Source of the DNA: Mobula hypostoma
Lineage: Eukaryota
NCBI RefSeq assembly: GCF_963921235.1
Contig: NC_086097.1
Span: 187,180,001-187,244,000 of the forward strand
Direction of reading: 5' to 3'
Length of the DNA stretch: 64,000 bases
Below, one piece after another: positions 50,630 through 63,604 of this stretch. A model generated the notes under the pieces. That model was not told the origin of the DNA, did no database searches, and saw only the letters and a program-made list of their open reading frames with translations. Position numbers and translations under genes: made by a program. The first letter of the stretch is position 1; each line of letters starts with the position of its first letter.

Positions 50630-52078
50630 TTACATACACCTGTTAGGGTGCATTCTCCAGTTACCTTATAAGGTAACCGTAGCCTTCAGCCAGGAGCAGA
50701 TGTCATAAGGTGGTTCCCAACCTTCACCGAGTGTTTCGACCCTTAACCACGACACTGTCCAGTTGGTGGGCCAGCAGTGGTGGCCAAATCACTGCCCATC
50801 TGGTCCTGGTTTCCAGCTCCCCTCCTCTCACCTACTCCAAATCCAACAAGAGGCTCATTCTGCCTCTTCCCCCATCCTATGAGCTGCTTGTTTTTTGCTC
50901 CTTTCGTCCAGGCCCAGATCTGACAACAACGGCCATGCTGATTTGGCTGGGAAACCTCTGCAGCCGATCTCCACTGGGAACAGCCATGCCTGCCATCCCT
51001 TGTCTTTACACTCCTGCAGTAAGGGCTGGTACTTCAAGGCCTTTCTCTCGTAGGCCTCTTCCCATCCCTCCTCCCACGGCACAGTCAACTCAACTAGAAT
51101 TATTTCCTTGTCTTCATTTGACCACAGTACCATGTCCGGGCGTGGGGTTGTGTGCACCATATCTGGGAACTGCAACCTCCTTCCCACATTGACCCTCATC
51201 TCCCAGGACCTGGCCGTTAGCAGCAGATTGGGCTTTGGTTGTTTGGTTACGAAAGGCCTAGCTCCCTCTTTGGTGAAGGTGATGACCTTCCTCAAATCTG
51301 TGCCAGCCGTCCTGTTCTTGCATCTCTCCCGCTTTAGTGTATCAGCAAGAGCCAGAAGCACCTTATCATGGCACCACCCATATCGTCCTTGAGTTAGAGC
51401 TGTTTTACACCCAGACAGCACATGAGCCAATGTCCCCTTTTGACCACAGAGATTACAGTTCAGATCCTCTGTCATCCCCCATGTGTACAGATGTAATGGT
51501 GAAGGAAGGGTGTCATACACGGATCGCAAGAGGAAGGAAATACGGAAGGGCTCCAGTCTCCATAACTCTGCCCATGAGATTTTGCGCTTGGGCAGATCCC
51601 ATTTTGTCCAGGCACCCTGGGACCCCTGTTCCACTGCCTTTGAGATCTACTTCCCTTCCTCACGGATCCATACTTCTGCCTGTATCATGTTTCGCCTGTT
51701 CCTCATGCTTGCGTTTCCCCACTTCTGGAAGTGAACTGAGCTGAGGCCTTGCCGTTCGACGCAGGGATTGCCAATGATATCTCGCAGCTTCAGAGAACAC
51801 ACTGCCTCCTCCACAGCTGCGTTGGCTGCCCATTTGCACCCAGATCTGGTTGTAACACCTGCTTGCTTTACCAAGACGTCACTGGAATCTCACAAGCTTA
51901 ATAAAGCTCTGCATTTTGCCACCTTGAATTCCTCCACAACAGATGACACGGGAAGCTGCAGTTGCCCAGAACGAATGTAGAGGCCCACTGAAGAGAAGCT
52001 TGGGGGAACTCCCAACCATCTCCGTAGTTGCTTGTTTGTTTTCCTCTCGATGCCCTCTATGACAGTCATGGGAAATTC
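50630..52078 (-). mobile_element. 5'-truncated HERO-like non-LTR retrotransposon (CCHC + restriction-like endonuclease)
   Basis: CNLCGQKGTLAHVLSGC; HDKVL; RPDMVLWS..VELTVPWE..ERKALKY; PVEIGCRGF. Confidence 0.85.
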
Positions 52079-55000
52079 AAAACTTACATTTTGACCATTT
52101 ATATATCTTGCTTTTTGATATTTTCTTTGATATTTTTATTACTTTATTTTTTTGAGGTTTTTCTATATATATTTTTATTTGAAATTGTTAAAATGAATGC
52201 TGTTATGTTTTGGATTTCTGATCTAAGTTTTTTTTGTCTGTTTTCCCTTGGTAGGAACATAATAACCTTGAATGATTAGGGTTTTGCCAGCAGGATTTCT
52301 TTGGGATGGTTGTCTTTAGGGTTTAGCATGCCGACTGTCCTTTGGCTGGCTTTTTTGGCTTGGGGAGTGGGGGGGGGTCTCTTTTTTCTTTTTTCTCTGG
52401 AAGTTAGGTTGGGCTACCATCCAAATTTTCTGTTTGAGTCCCTTATTTTATGATTCATTCTCTGGTTCTAATAATTTATGGTCAGATCTTTTAACTCTTC
52501 TATCAATTAGTATTTTAAATGGATCGAAATATTAATTTATTTAGTTTTAAAGTGCAAGGGTTAAATCATTCTGTGAAATGGAATAAGATTTTTGCTTATA
52601 TTAAAAAGTTAAGGCCCCCTATTATTTTTCTACAAGAGACGCATGTACGTAGTTGTGACAACGCACGCCTTTTTAACTGGTGGAGGGGTTTACAGTTTCT
52701 TTCTTCATTCAGAGCAAAATCTTGAAGGGTCTCAATTTTTATAGACAATACAATTTCTTTTGTTCAACGTAAAATTGTCTTTGATCCTAATGGGCGATTT
52801 GTCATAGTGTCAGGGAAACTACATAATAAATTAATTGTATTTGCTAATGTGTACGAGCCCAATGTGGATGACCCAGGATTTTTTGAGTGTTTTTCTTCAT
52901 TACTGCCAGATTTGAGTCTTTATTCTTTACTGATGGGAGGAGATTTTAATTTTTGCCTAGACCCAGTATTAGATGGTTCTTTTCTTAAATCATCCACACC
53001 TAATAAATCAGCTTTATTTATTCAATCCTTTCTGACGAAATGTGATATTGTTGACATATGGTGTTTTTTTCACCCGGCAGAAAGGGAGTATTCATTCTTC
53101 TCTCATTCCTATACCAGGATTGATTATTTTTTTATTGATAGTCAAATGATTCCATTAGTTTGATCCATTGAATATAAAGAAATAGTTCTTTCCAAGCATT
53201 CTCCAGTATTTCTATCTTTAAATCTTCCTGGTTTCACTCAAATGAACAGATCCTGGCATTTTAATTTATCTTTGTTATTTGATAAGGATTTTCTAAAATT
53301 CCTGTAGAATCAAATTTCTCTTTTTTTTTGAAGAAATTGCGCTGGAAGAGACTTCTAGTCTTATCAGTTGGGAGGCTATTAAGGCTTATATTAGAGGACA
53401 AATTATCTCCTATACTGCATATATTAAGAGAAAAACTAATAAATAGAGAACTGACTTAGTTAATCAATTAAAACAATTAGACCAGAAATATGCTTTGGCA
53501 CCAGACCCTGAACTATATAAAAGACATATTGAAATTATAACTAAATATGATCTTCTTATAACATATCCCATTGAAAGCCAACTTTTAAAAGATAGAAGCC
53601 AATTCTATATACATGGAGGAAAAAACTGGTAAACTATTGGCTAATCAATTGAAGACCTTTATAGCTAAATGGCAAATTAAAGAAATTCGCTAAACCAATG
53701 GTGATTTGACAACTGACCATTTTGAAATAAATGACACTTTTAGAGAATTTTATTCTAAACTGTATAGTTCTGATTTTTTTAAAGGTAATACTGCAATGAA
53801 CAATTTTAGACCAATTAAATATTCCTGGACTTTCGATTGATCATCAAAAGCAGTTGGATCAACCTATTTCTCAGGAGGAAATCACTGAGGCTATACATTC
53901 ATTGCATTCTGGGAAATCTCCAGGACCTGACGGATTCTCTGGAGAATTTTATAAGGCTTTATCTTCATTTCTTATACCTTACTTGTGTTCCTCCCTCACT
54001 GATTCCTTCAAGGTGGGTGGGTTGCCACAGTCTTTTTATGAAGTTTCCATTTCACTTATTCTTAAAAAGAATAAGAATCCCACTAAAAGCTCTTCATATA
54101 GACCAATCTCTTTACTCAGTGTTGATGCTAAGATCCTATCTAAAGTTTTGGCCTGCAGACTCAAAAATATTATACCTTCTATAATATCTGATGATCAGAC
54201 AGGATTTATTAAAAATCAATATTCCCATTTTAATACAGGGTGATTGTTAAATTTCATGCATTCTCCACCCAAGTAAATATCAGAATGTGTGATTCCTCTG
54301 GATGCCAAGAAGGCTTTTGACCGAGTTGAATGGAATTACCTATTTAAAACCTTAGAAAAATTTAATTTTGGGCCCAATTTTATTCTTTGGATTAAATTAC
54401 TTCTCTTATCTCCCTCCGCTCGGGTCCTTACTAACTTTCAGAATTCTAAACCAATTAAACTCCAGCATGGAACCAGACAAGGATGTCCATTCATCCCTTT
54501 GCTTTTTGATTTGGTATGAGAACCTTTAGCAATTGCCTTTCGCGAGTCTAAAGCTATCACTGATATCTTAAGGAAAGGTACAATTTATAAAGTTTCGCTT
54601 TATGCTGATGACCTTTTGCTTTTTATATCTAATGTAACAACTTCTTTACCCTCTTAGTTTCTTTTACTGACTAATTTTAGTTTTCAGGATGTAAATGGAA
54701 TTTACATAAGAAGGAACTGTTTCCTTTAAATAATTTGATACCAACCGATATTAACCTTCCTTTTAAAATTGTAAGAAAACAATTTACATATTTGGGTGTA
54801 ACAATCACTAAGAATTATAAAGATCTATTCAAAGAAAATTTTCTAACCTTAATGAATTATGTGAAAAAGACACTTCCTAATTGGTCGCCTCTCTCTGTCA
54901 TTGATTGGTCGAATTAATTTGGTTAAGTGAATATTTTACGTAAATTTATATACCCTTTTCAAGCAATTTTTATTCCCAAGTCTTTTTTTGATTCTTTAGA

Positions 55001-55417
55001 TTCAATTCTTTCTTCCTACATTTGGAAGAACAGAAAACCCCGATTAAATAAAGCCCACCTTCAAAAAATTAAAAAGAATGGAGGCCTTGCTCTACCCAAT
55101 TTTAGATTATATTATTGGGAAATTAACATACAAAATCTTACATTCTGTTTATATTATACTAATTGTGAGGATTGTCCAATAGGTCTTTTTGGAAGCCAAC
55201 TCTGTTATGAAATTTTCTATTATTTCTCTTCTTGGATCTCTTCCTTTCTCTTTAAATAAATTAACTGACAGTTTGGTGGTTAAACACACTTTGAGGAAAG
55301 GCTACAGTTTAGAAAACAAAAACAACAGGAATTCTGCAGATGCTGGAAATTCATGCAACATACATCAAAGTTGCTGGTGAATGCAGCAGGCCAAGCAGCA
55401 TCTGTAGGAAGAGGTGC

Positions 55418-55453
55418 AGTCGACGTTTCAGGCCGAGACCCTTCGTCAGGACT
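55418..55453 (-). ncRNA. Minimal type I hammerhead ribozyme, core intact
   Basis: AGUC-CUGACGA-AGGGUCUCGGCCU-GAAA-C-GUC^GACU, on the PLE sense strand within the pLTR. Confidence 0.82.
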
Positions 55454-55679
55454 AACTGAAGGAAGAGTGAGTAAGGGATTTGAAAGTTGGAGGGGGAGGG
55501 GGAGATCCAAAATGATAGGAGAAGACAGGAGGGGGAGGGATAGAGCCGAGAGCTGGACAGGTGATAGGCAAAAGGGGATACGAGAGGATCATGGGACAGG
55601 AGGTCCGGGAAGAAAGACAAGGGGGGGGGTGACCCAGAGGATGGGCAAGAGGTATATTCAGAGGGACAGAGGGAGAAAA

Positions 55680-57311
55680 CCCTATTCCTAGTGGGGTGGT
55701 GGGAGGATGGAGTGAGAGCAGATGTACGTGAAATGGGGGAGATGCGTTTAAGAGCAGAGTTGATTGTGGAGGAATGGAAGCCCCTTTCTTTAAAAAAGGA
55801 AGACATCTCCCTCGTCCTGGAATGAAAAGCCTCATCCTGAGAGCAGATGCGGCGGAGACGGAGGAATTGCGAGAAGGGGATGGCGTTTTTGCAAGAGACA
55901 GGGTGAGAAGAGGAATAGTCCAGATAGCTGTGAGAGTCAGTAGGCTTATAGTAGACATCAGTGGATAAGCTGTCTCCAGAGACAGAGACAGAAAGATCTA
56001 CAAAGGGGAGGGAGGTGTCGGAAATGGACCAGGTAAACTTGAGGGCCGGGTGAAAGTTGGAGGCAAAGTTAATAAAGTCAACGAGTTCTGCATGCGTGCA
56101 GGAAGCAGCGCCAATGCAGTCGTCGATGTAGCGAAGGAAAAGTGGGGGACAGATACCAGAAGAGGCACGGAACATAGATCGTTCCACAAAGCCAACAAAA
56201 AGGCAGGCATAGCTAGGACCCATACGGGTGCCCATAGCTACACCTTTAGTTTGGAGGAAGTGGGAGGAGCCAAAGGAGAAATTATTAAGAGTAAGGACTA
56301 ATTCCGCTAGACGGAGGAGAGTGGTGGTAGAGGGGAACTGATTAGGTCTGGAATCCAAAAAGAAGCGTAGAGCTTTGAGACCTTCCTGATGGGGGATGGA
56401 AGTATATAAGGACTGGACATCCATGGTGAAAATAAAGCGGTGGGGGCCAGGGAACTTAAAATCATCGAAAAGTTTAAGAGCGTGAGAAGTGTCACGAACA
56501 TAGGTCGGGAGGGATTGAACAAGGAGTGATAAAACAGTGTCGAGGTATGCAAAAATGAGTTCGGTGGGGCAGGAGCAAGCTGAGACAATAGGTCGGCCAG
56601 GACAGGCAGGTTTGTGGATCTTGGGTAGGAGGTAGAAACGGGAAGTGCGGGGTGTGGGAACTATGAGGTTGGTAGCAGTGGATGGGAGATCCCCTGAGCG
56701 GATAAAGTCGGTGATGGTGTGGGAGACAATGGCCTGGTGCTCCTTAGTGGGGTCACGATCGAGGGGTAAATAAGAGGAGGTATCCGCGAGTTGTCGCTGT
56801 GCCTCGGCAAGGTAGAGGTCAGTACGCCAGACTACAACAGCAACCCCCTTATCGGCGGGTTTAATAATAAGGTTAGGATTAGTGCGGAGGGAGTGGAGAG
56901 CAGAGCGTTCCGAAGGAGTGAGGTTGGAATGGGGACAAGGTGCGGTGAAGTCGAGACGGTTGATGTCCCGTCGGCAGTTAGCAATAAAGAGATCCAGAGC
57001 AGGCAGAAGACCAGAGCGGGGTGTCCATGAAGAAGAGGAGGGTTGAAGACGGGAGAAGGGGTCATCGGTGGGGGTGGAAGAGTCCTTGCCGAAGAAGTAG
57101 GCTCGGAGACGGAGACGGCGGAAGAAAATTTCCGCATGGTGGCGAACACGGAACTCGCTGAGGTGTGGGCGAAGGGGGACAAACGTGAGGCCCTTACTGA
57201 GAACAGAGTGTTCTGCCTCCGACAGTTGAAGGTCGGAGGGGATGGTAAAATCCCGGCACGGGTGAGAGCTGGGATCAGAGGGGGGAGGGGGGAGGCTGGT
57301 GGTGTCAGTGG
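55680..57311 (-). pseudogene. PLE reverse transcriptase frame (no native start, no endonuclease)
   Basis: LSKGLTFVP, IKPADKG, FYLLPKIHKP, GRPIVS, MDVQSLYTSIP, GVAMGTRMGP, LRYIDD, LPFVDL, YYKPTD, SSHP; no stops in the frame. Confidence 0.9.
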
Positions 57312-59842
57312 AGTTTAGAAAACATTTCGGTTTATTGAGATTTTCTCTTTCTAGTCCTATTTTTTCTAATTGTTTTAAACCATCTATGACCGATCTGATT
57401 TTTAGGGAATGGGATAGATGAGGCATGAAATGATTTCAGGATCTGTTTGTTGGAGGGTTTCTTTCTTCTTTTGAGCAGCTCTCAGTGAAATATAACCTAT
57501 CAAATACCCACTTTTTTCGATATCTATAGAATAAAGATTTTATAAGATCTAAACTACGTATATTTCCTACCAGCCGGAATAAGAACATAATAGATGTAAT
57601 TTTTAATTTGAAACCTTTTGATAATGGCTCAATATCTTATATTTATGGTCTGTTGTTGGGACTGAGAATGGCTCCTTTAGACAAAATTTAAAAAGATTGG
57701 GAAAATGATTTACAGACTTCATCATCTGATGAGACCTGGAGGGCTATTTTCAAAATGGTTAATTCTTCATCATTATGTGCTCGTCATTCCCTCCTACAAT
57801 TTAAAGTGGTACATAGGACTCATATGTCTAAAGACAAGCTCTCATTTTTTTGCAGATATATCTCCTTATTGTGACAGGTGTAATAATGGAGAGGTTCATT
57901 AATTCATATGTTTTGGTCATGTTCAAGCCTTGAAAAATATTGGAAAGATGTATTCCAAACTTTTTCTTTACTTATTAAAATTAATTTTAAGCCCAATCCT
58001 TTGACTGCTTTATTTGGTATTGTTGAGGAAAGAGCCTTAATTTTGGAGCCTTCTCATTTGTGGGTACTGGCTTTTATTTCTCTTATGGCTAGGAGGGCGA
58101 TCTTGCTTAAATGGAAGGAGGTTGCCCCCTCTACACAAGCTCAATGGTTATGCGATGTTATGTCATGTTTAAATTTAGAGGAAGTTCATTGTTTGATTTC
58201 TGATGCTAATCAAGATTTTCAAACTTTTTGGGGGATCCTTTCTGAGCTATTTTGAAAGTCTTTGAATTGTTATTGTTATTAAAATTTCGATCTGGGATAT
58301 TATTATAAAGCACTATATGGTAAAGTACTCTTTTTTTTCTTTTTTTTTTAACCAACCAGCTTTGTCTTGGTAGTGGGTGTAGATTTTCTTTATATTATAA
58401 TTAACCATATGATTGTATTTCATAATTCAATTTATTTTATTTGATTGATCATGAATATGGGATACCATGATTGTATCAGTGTGATTTATATATAGCACAT
58501 TTTATGCTACCTTATTTTGATTTATAATAAGTATCATTATGAATTCTGTATTTGTGTATAGGAAATTCAATAAAATTATTGGAAAAAGAAAGTGTACTAT
58601 CTGCCTTGCATATATCGTTGAACCACCTATGCCTCTAATATAAAATCATTCTTCCTACCCTCATTCTCATCCCCATAGTAACCAAGACAAGTATCCTCCC
58701 ATAAAGTAATTAATATTAAGATAAAATTACCTGGAGACCAGGTGTACACATTTTATTGTTCCTGTGCTTGCAATGTTGAATGTTCTCAGTAGGCACCTTT
58801 AACCATCCTATCTAATTATCTATAGTCCTTCAATGGACTATAATGCAGATAACAAACCTTAGTGACTTTAATTCACATTTCCTTCTATTGTCTACACCTG
58901 CTACAATTGCAAAGCAGCCTTTTACCAAAGATAACCTGTGTTTGAATTAAGTCCATAAAGTGCAACAATGCTGGAATATTTCTTTTACCCATTTTCACAA
59001 ACAAGTTGCCCCTCCCTGACAAACAAGCATTTATATACTTATTGAGGCCCTTTGCACATTTTGGGGAAATTTAATATCAATTTCTTTACTTGTCTTGGGT
59101 AGTTATTAGGTTATGGAATATGGAAGAATGTAGCATGTTTCTTTTTATAGCTGGTTTCATTTTATTTTTCAAGATGTGACATTGATTGTTGGATTTGCTG
59201 TAGGAGGTTGTGTAATATGTTTTCCCGCTGCACCTCACCTACCCTGCTAACTACGGTGAAGGTTATAGGGCAACAGTATTATATGGCAGAAATTATTGCG
59301 CTCTCCAGCCTTAAGGAGATAAACAAACTATAGTGTAAGGATTTAGCAGTGGAAACTGTAGGTCAGATGGGACGCAGATGCAAAAAAGATCTTGGTTAAC
59401 ATAGTTGGCTTGATCTTGGTTAACATCTTTCAATCTGATATTGTTCTTGATTTGGACAATCACCATTGTGTAAAAACAGGTAGGATATTTGGGAAGATGA
59501 CATTCATTTTACTTATTCTTGCCTTCCTACTTGTCTTTGATATGTGTAGTACCTTGTAGTAATGTTATTTTTGTCATAAACTTTCAACAAGAATACGGAA
59601 AGTTTAGCAAAACAGTATATACAGTTTTTCTTAAGCCTATCTGGCTCCCAAAATAGCTCATACTTAAAACACATATCCACACCCACACCTCACACCCTAA
59701 TTCTTTCATATTGTTCTAAAATGGAAAGAGTTCAAAAGTACTGCTTTGAACTACCATCATTCATTGTTAATTGTGCAGTATATTTGCTTATATATAGACA
59801 GACCGGGGCTACTATGAGTATACAAAAGGCTTGGTTTTCAAA

Positions 59843-61030
59843 TGTTTTTATTGTGAAGCAACATCAGTTTAACCTCAACTGACAATGTCCAATGTACAAT
59901 GCTGCTTTTTTCTTTTCTTTCCTATAACAACATAATGAAAGTCAAATGAATGTATGTAAATAAGCAAGAAGCAAAGGAAACCCTACCACCCCATCTCCTT
60001 TTCCCTTCCCAGCCCTACCGTCCCCTCACCCCTCCCGTATGCACTGTTTAGGTCCTACCGCCCCCCACACTTAGTTCAGCTGTCAGTCTCTTTTAAATAC
60101 AACAGTAATGGTTGCCAGACTTTTTTAAATTCCTTGAGTCTGTCCTTGATAACGTATCTTATCCTCTCAAGATGCAGAGTATCCATTAATGCAGCCAGCC
60201 ATTGTCTGAGTGATGGAGTTTTCTCCTTTTTCCAGAACATCAGTATGAGTTTCTTTCCACTAAGTATGCCATAGGTCAGGAGTTGTTGCTGGGTAGCCCG
60301 GAATTTATTTGATCTCGCAGAAGTTCTTAATCTTATTAAAATGGGGTCTGGGATGATCTGAACTTTTAGTATCTTCGATAGGATCTTAAATATTTGCTTC
60401 CAATACTCTTATATCCTGGGATATAAAGCATAACTATGTAACAAATTTGCCTCCAAGGACTTGCATTTCTCACACACTGGGGACACCTCTGGGAATATTT
60501 TATGAACCCTTACTTTTGAGTAATGTAGTCTATGTAGGATTTTAAATTGTATTAAACAATGCCTGGCATTGATGGAACAGGAGTTAACATACTCCAAATC
60601 CTCATTCCATATAACCTCCTCTATCTCTGTACCCAACTCCTTTTCCCACTATTTTTTAATATTATCCATGACACTTGTTTTGTATGACATCATACAGATA
60701 GGCGATGATGTGTTCTGTCCCTAAACATGATCTTAAATGATTATCTAATTTATCAGGTTCTGCCATCTCAAAACCAGAAAGATGTGATCTTATATAGTGT
60801 CTTAGCTGGAGATACCTGAAAAAAAATGACGCTTTTGCCATCTGAATTTGTCCTGAAGCTGCCGAAATGACACAAAAATCCCTTGTATGTATAAGTCTCC
60901 AACGCCGTGTATCCCTAATTCTCGCCATTCATCAAAGGCCCCATCTATACATGAGGGGATAAAAGAGGGGTTCGCTGATATAGGTACAAGAAAAAATAAT
61001 GTTCTGAGTTTCAAATTCTTCCCTATTTGT
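59843..61030 (-). mobile_element. 5'-truncated, degraded L1
   Basis: FFRYLQLRHYI; NSCSINARHCLIQFKILHRLHYSK..CEKC..H; G-rich 3' UTR and AATAAA on the minus strand. Confidence 0.85.
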
Positions 61031-62719
61031 ACAGGAGAGAAAAATGGGGAAAACCAAAAATATTTTATTTAGAGAATGTTTACAATATCTCTATCAAAAT
61101 AGTACTTCAGGAATTCGGACCTTCATTCATGTAGATGATATTGTAACAAAACAAAACGTACAAGAGTTTAAGATCATTTTACTCGTTGTTACCTCAATAA
61201 TGGATTGTGAGATAGAATGATTGTGCATTATTGAATCCACTTCTAATTTCAGGTATTAATTTGAATAAATCGGGTCTCTGCTATTCTCACATCCAAGTTA
61301 TATTTTGAGATATTCTAAGCAAAGGTTTCTGGCCAATATTTGACAATTTAAGGAGATAGAATACTGCAGTATTAAATACCAGCATGATCTAGATAAGCAC
61401 TTTCCATAGTCAACAAATATTAGGGTGAGGCTGGCTGGATGCATGCAGCCTTATTTAAAATTGTGTTGACCAAATTCCTCGCTCAGAATGGATTATTTGC
61501 TTACCCCTCTCCCCATCTCTGACAAAAATATAAGTTTTCAGATTCACTCTTTATTTTTAACTGGTCTCTGCTTCACTACCAATTAAATTTAAACTCGTAT
61601 CTACTGTGGAGCATTGTTCTCAGAGGTGAATTTCAAAAAAAAATCATGCAAAATTAGTGAAACAAGTAGCAGAACTATTTCAAGCTTTAAAGGTTCATTA
61701 ACAAATTTGCATAGTGAGTGCCAGGATTGCAATTAAGAAATTGGTAATATGACTAAACTGCATGCTCTGTCAATTACACTCACTTTAAGCTTGATATCAA
61801 GATTTTGTGTAATCTATAAGAAGTACAAATGGAACAAAATTGGCAATGGAATAGTCATAGTTCTATTCAAAAATCTCTCACACTTCAATAAGTTGAACTC
61901 TCTGTTGTGGAACATTGCTTAGTCCGCAGCTGGAAATCCGGTAAATGGGTCTGGAAATGTTTATCTGGATTGGATAAAAAGACTGCTCTGTAATTGCCTT
62001 AAGCAGCAATGATGAATTGTGGGAAGGCAACTGAATTACCGAAATAGAAGTTTGTCCCTGCAGATAAGCATCTACACATGGTTGCATCCATTAACCGGTT
62101 TAACTGCACAACGAAGATATTAATGCCTACATAACCAAACTTAATGATGCCTTCAAGGAAGATTTTAGATTTGGAATTAAGTATGTAAGAAGGTTATTAC
62201 ATGTAATTTTGTTAAAATGTTTCATTTTGTGGTTCTTTCTAAGAAGAATTACCACATTAAAGGAGTCTTCAGAACATGTATGGTTTTGTTAAATCCTGTA
62301 ATAAATGAAGGTGGAGGAAAACACAGTTTCGGTGATTGAATCCATTAATTTCTAGCTAGTCCTTCAAATCCAGTTTCACTCTATTATTTGTGGTCTTGTG
62401 TTACCCTAAATAAATTCATGTTGATAAACTTGGAAGTCTATACTCTGGCCCATATACAGGCTGATTCAGCTGCCAAGTTTGGTACTTCAGTCTAGAGGAA
62501 ATAATATTACTAGAGAGAGTATAACTACATTGTCTAAGCTAAATGGTGATGCGTCTAGTTTCTAAAGGTCTGTGAAGCCACCTACATAGCCTGCACTACC
62601 TGCATCTATCCAGGATAAGATACTGTGACGTGAGGCAGCTTTTGAGCTGATTCAAATAATGATTAATTTGATCCAGAGGTGCTAGCCCTCCCTGAACCTC
62701 CCCCCCCCATACATATAGG

Positions 62720-63575
62720 GCTTGTCATGTCCATTGTGGGGCAGCCCATTCACCTTTGGACCCCACAGGACACTCAGCTCTCACCTGTGGCTCCAAGTAG
62801 CTTGTAGGAGCTATGTATCTGTTCACTATTTGCTTTTTCTTCTGTGTTGCAAGTTTATTTTTACTATGGTAACTGGTCGCATTAGTGGGGGTGTGGTAAA
62901 CTTACGTGTTCTTGCTTAGTTTGTGGCAGTTTGTGGCCTGGGATTGGCGGAGGCCATATCTTTGCTGACCACTTAATATCGCTGAAATAACACTTAATAT
63001 CGCTTCAAGATTGCACGTTTGCTAATTTCCAATAAAGGATTGAACTAAGGAATTCAACCCTTTGGAACAATCATTTCACTGGAGATGAGGGTGCATCGTG
63101 CAAGTATAACAACTCCGTGGCTGTCACAGGCTAGTGGCAACTGTTTTAATTTTGGATTAGTTTTGCTGCTGCAGAGCTGTTTATACGTGACAGCAGCCAT
63201 ACCCTGCTACACTGCTTCAACAGGCAGGCTGAACTAGGGGAGGGTAGCCGGCAGCCTCGTACTCTGGTTAGGTAGGGACATGCCTGTCCCAGCACGTAAA
63301 GTCAGGTCTGGCAGACTGGGCGGATGAGAACTGCAGTGAGATCCAACAGCCAGGAAGGTGATACTGCAACACTCTGTGGAAAGCAAAGGGCATGACAAGG
63401 CACAGAAGACATCATGGTCATCCATGGCAACCAAGGAAGACCCCAATTTGTTACGCTTATTCGTTCCACTGGACCTGGATTCCTGAGGTCGAGAGACTGG
63501 AACTACCTCAGTGCCATGGCTTTACCACTTTAAAAGCTCTCTTGCACAGGTTTCCTGTCACTGTTGTTCCCCCCT
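62720..63575 (+). mobile_element. Possible RTE-type 5'UTR-derived repeat with an internal insertion (about 62803-63174)
   Basis: GC-richer block resembling RTE leader sequences; agct flanks both sides of the putative insert. Weak support. Confidence 0.3.
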
Positions 63576-63604
63576 CCCCCCCCAAAAAAAACCACACTGA
63601 TCTG

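Larger units (their letters stand above)
55319..57311 (-). mobile_element. Young PLE with an open RT frame and no GIY-YIG domain
   Basis: Perfect 13-bp TSD agtttagaaaaca (55306-55318 / 57312-57324); pLTR with tail; CpG-rich. Confidence 0.95.
49660..58585 (+). mobile_element. Full-length but degraded L1 hosting a HERO element and a PLE
   Basis: 11-bp TSD aagaaagtgta (49649-49659 / 58586-58596); ORF1 remnant ending FVEDYTPEV; ORF2 from 52519 ([42 protein letters not shown]); AATAAA at 58569. Confidence 0.92.

Noticed and set aside
55351..57426. 691-aa ORF as a complete novel RT gene
   Set aside because: It is chimeric: the first ~38 aa are antisense host L1 and TSD sequence, and the C-terminus is read-through of the PLE 3' UTR after the deletion.
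62002..62060. Box C/D-like ATGATGA...CTGA
   Set aside because: The boxes are too close together, with no distal D box or terminal stem.
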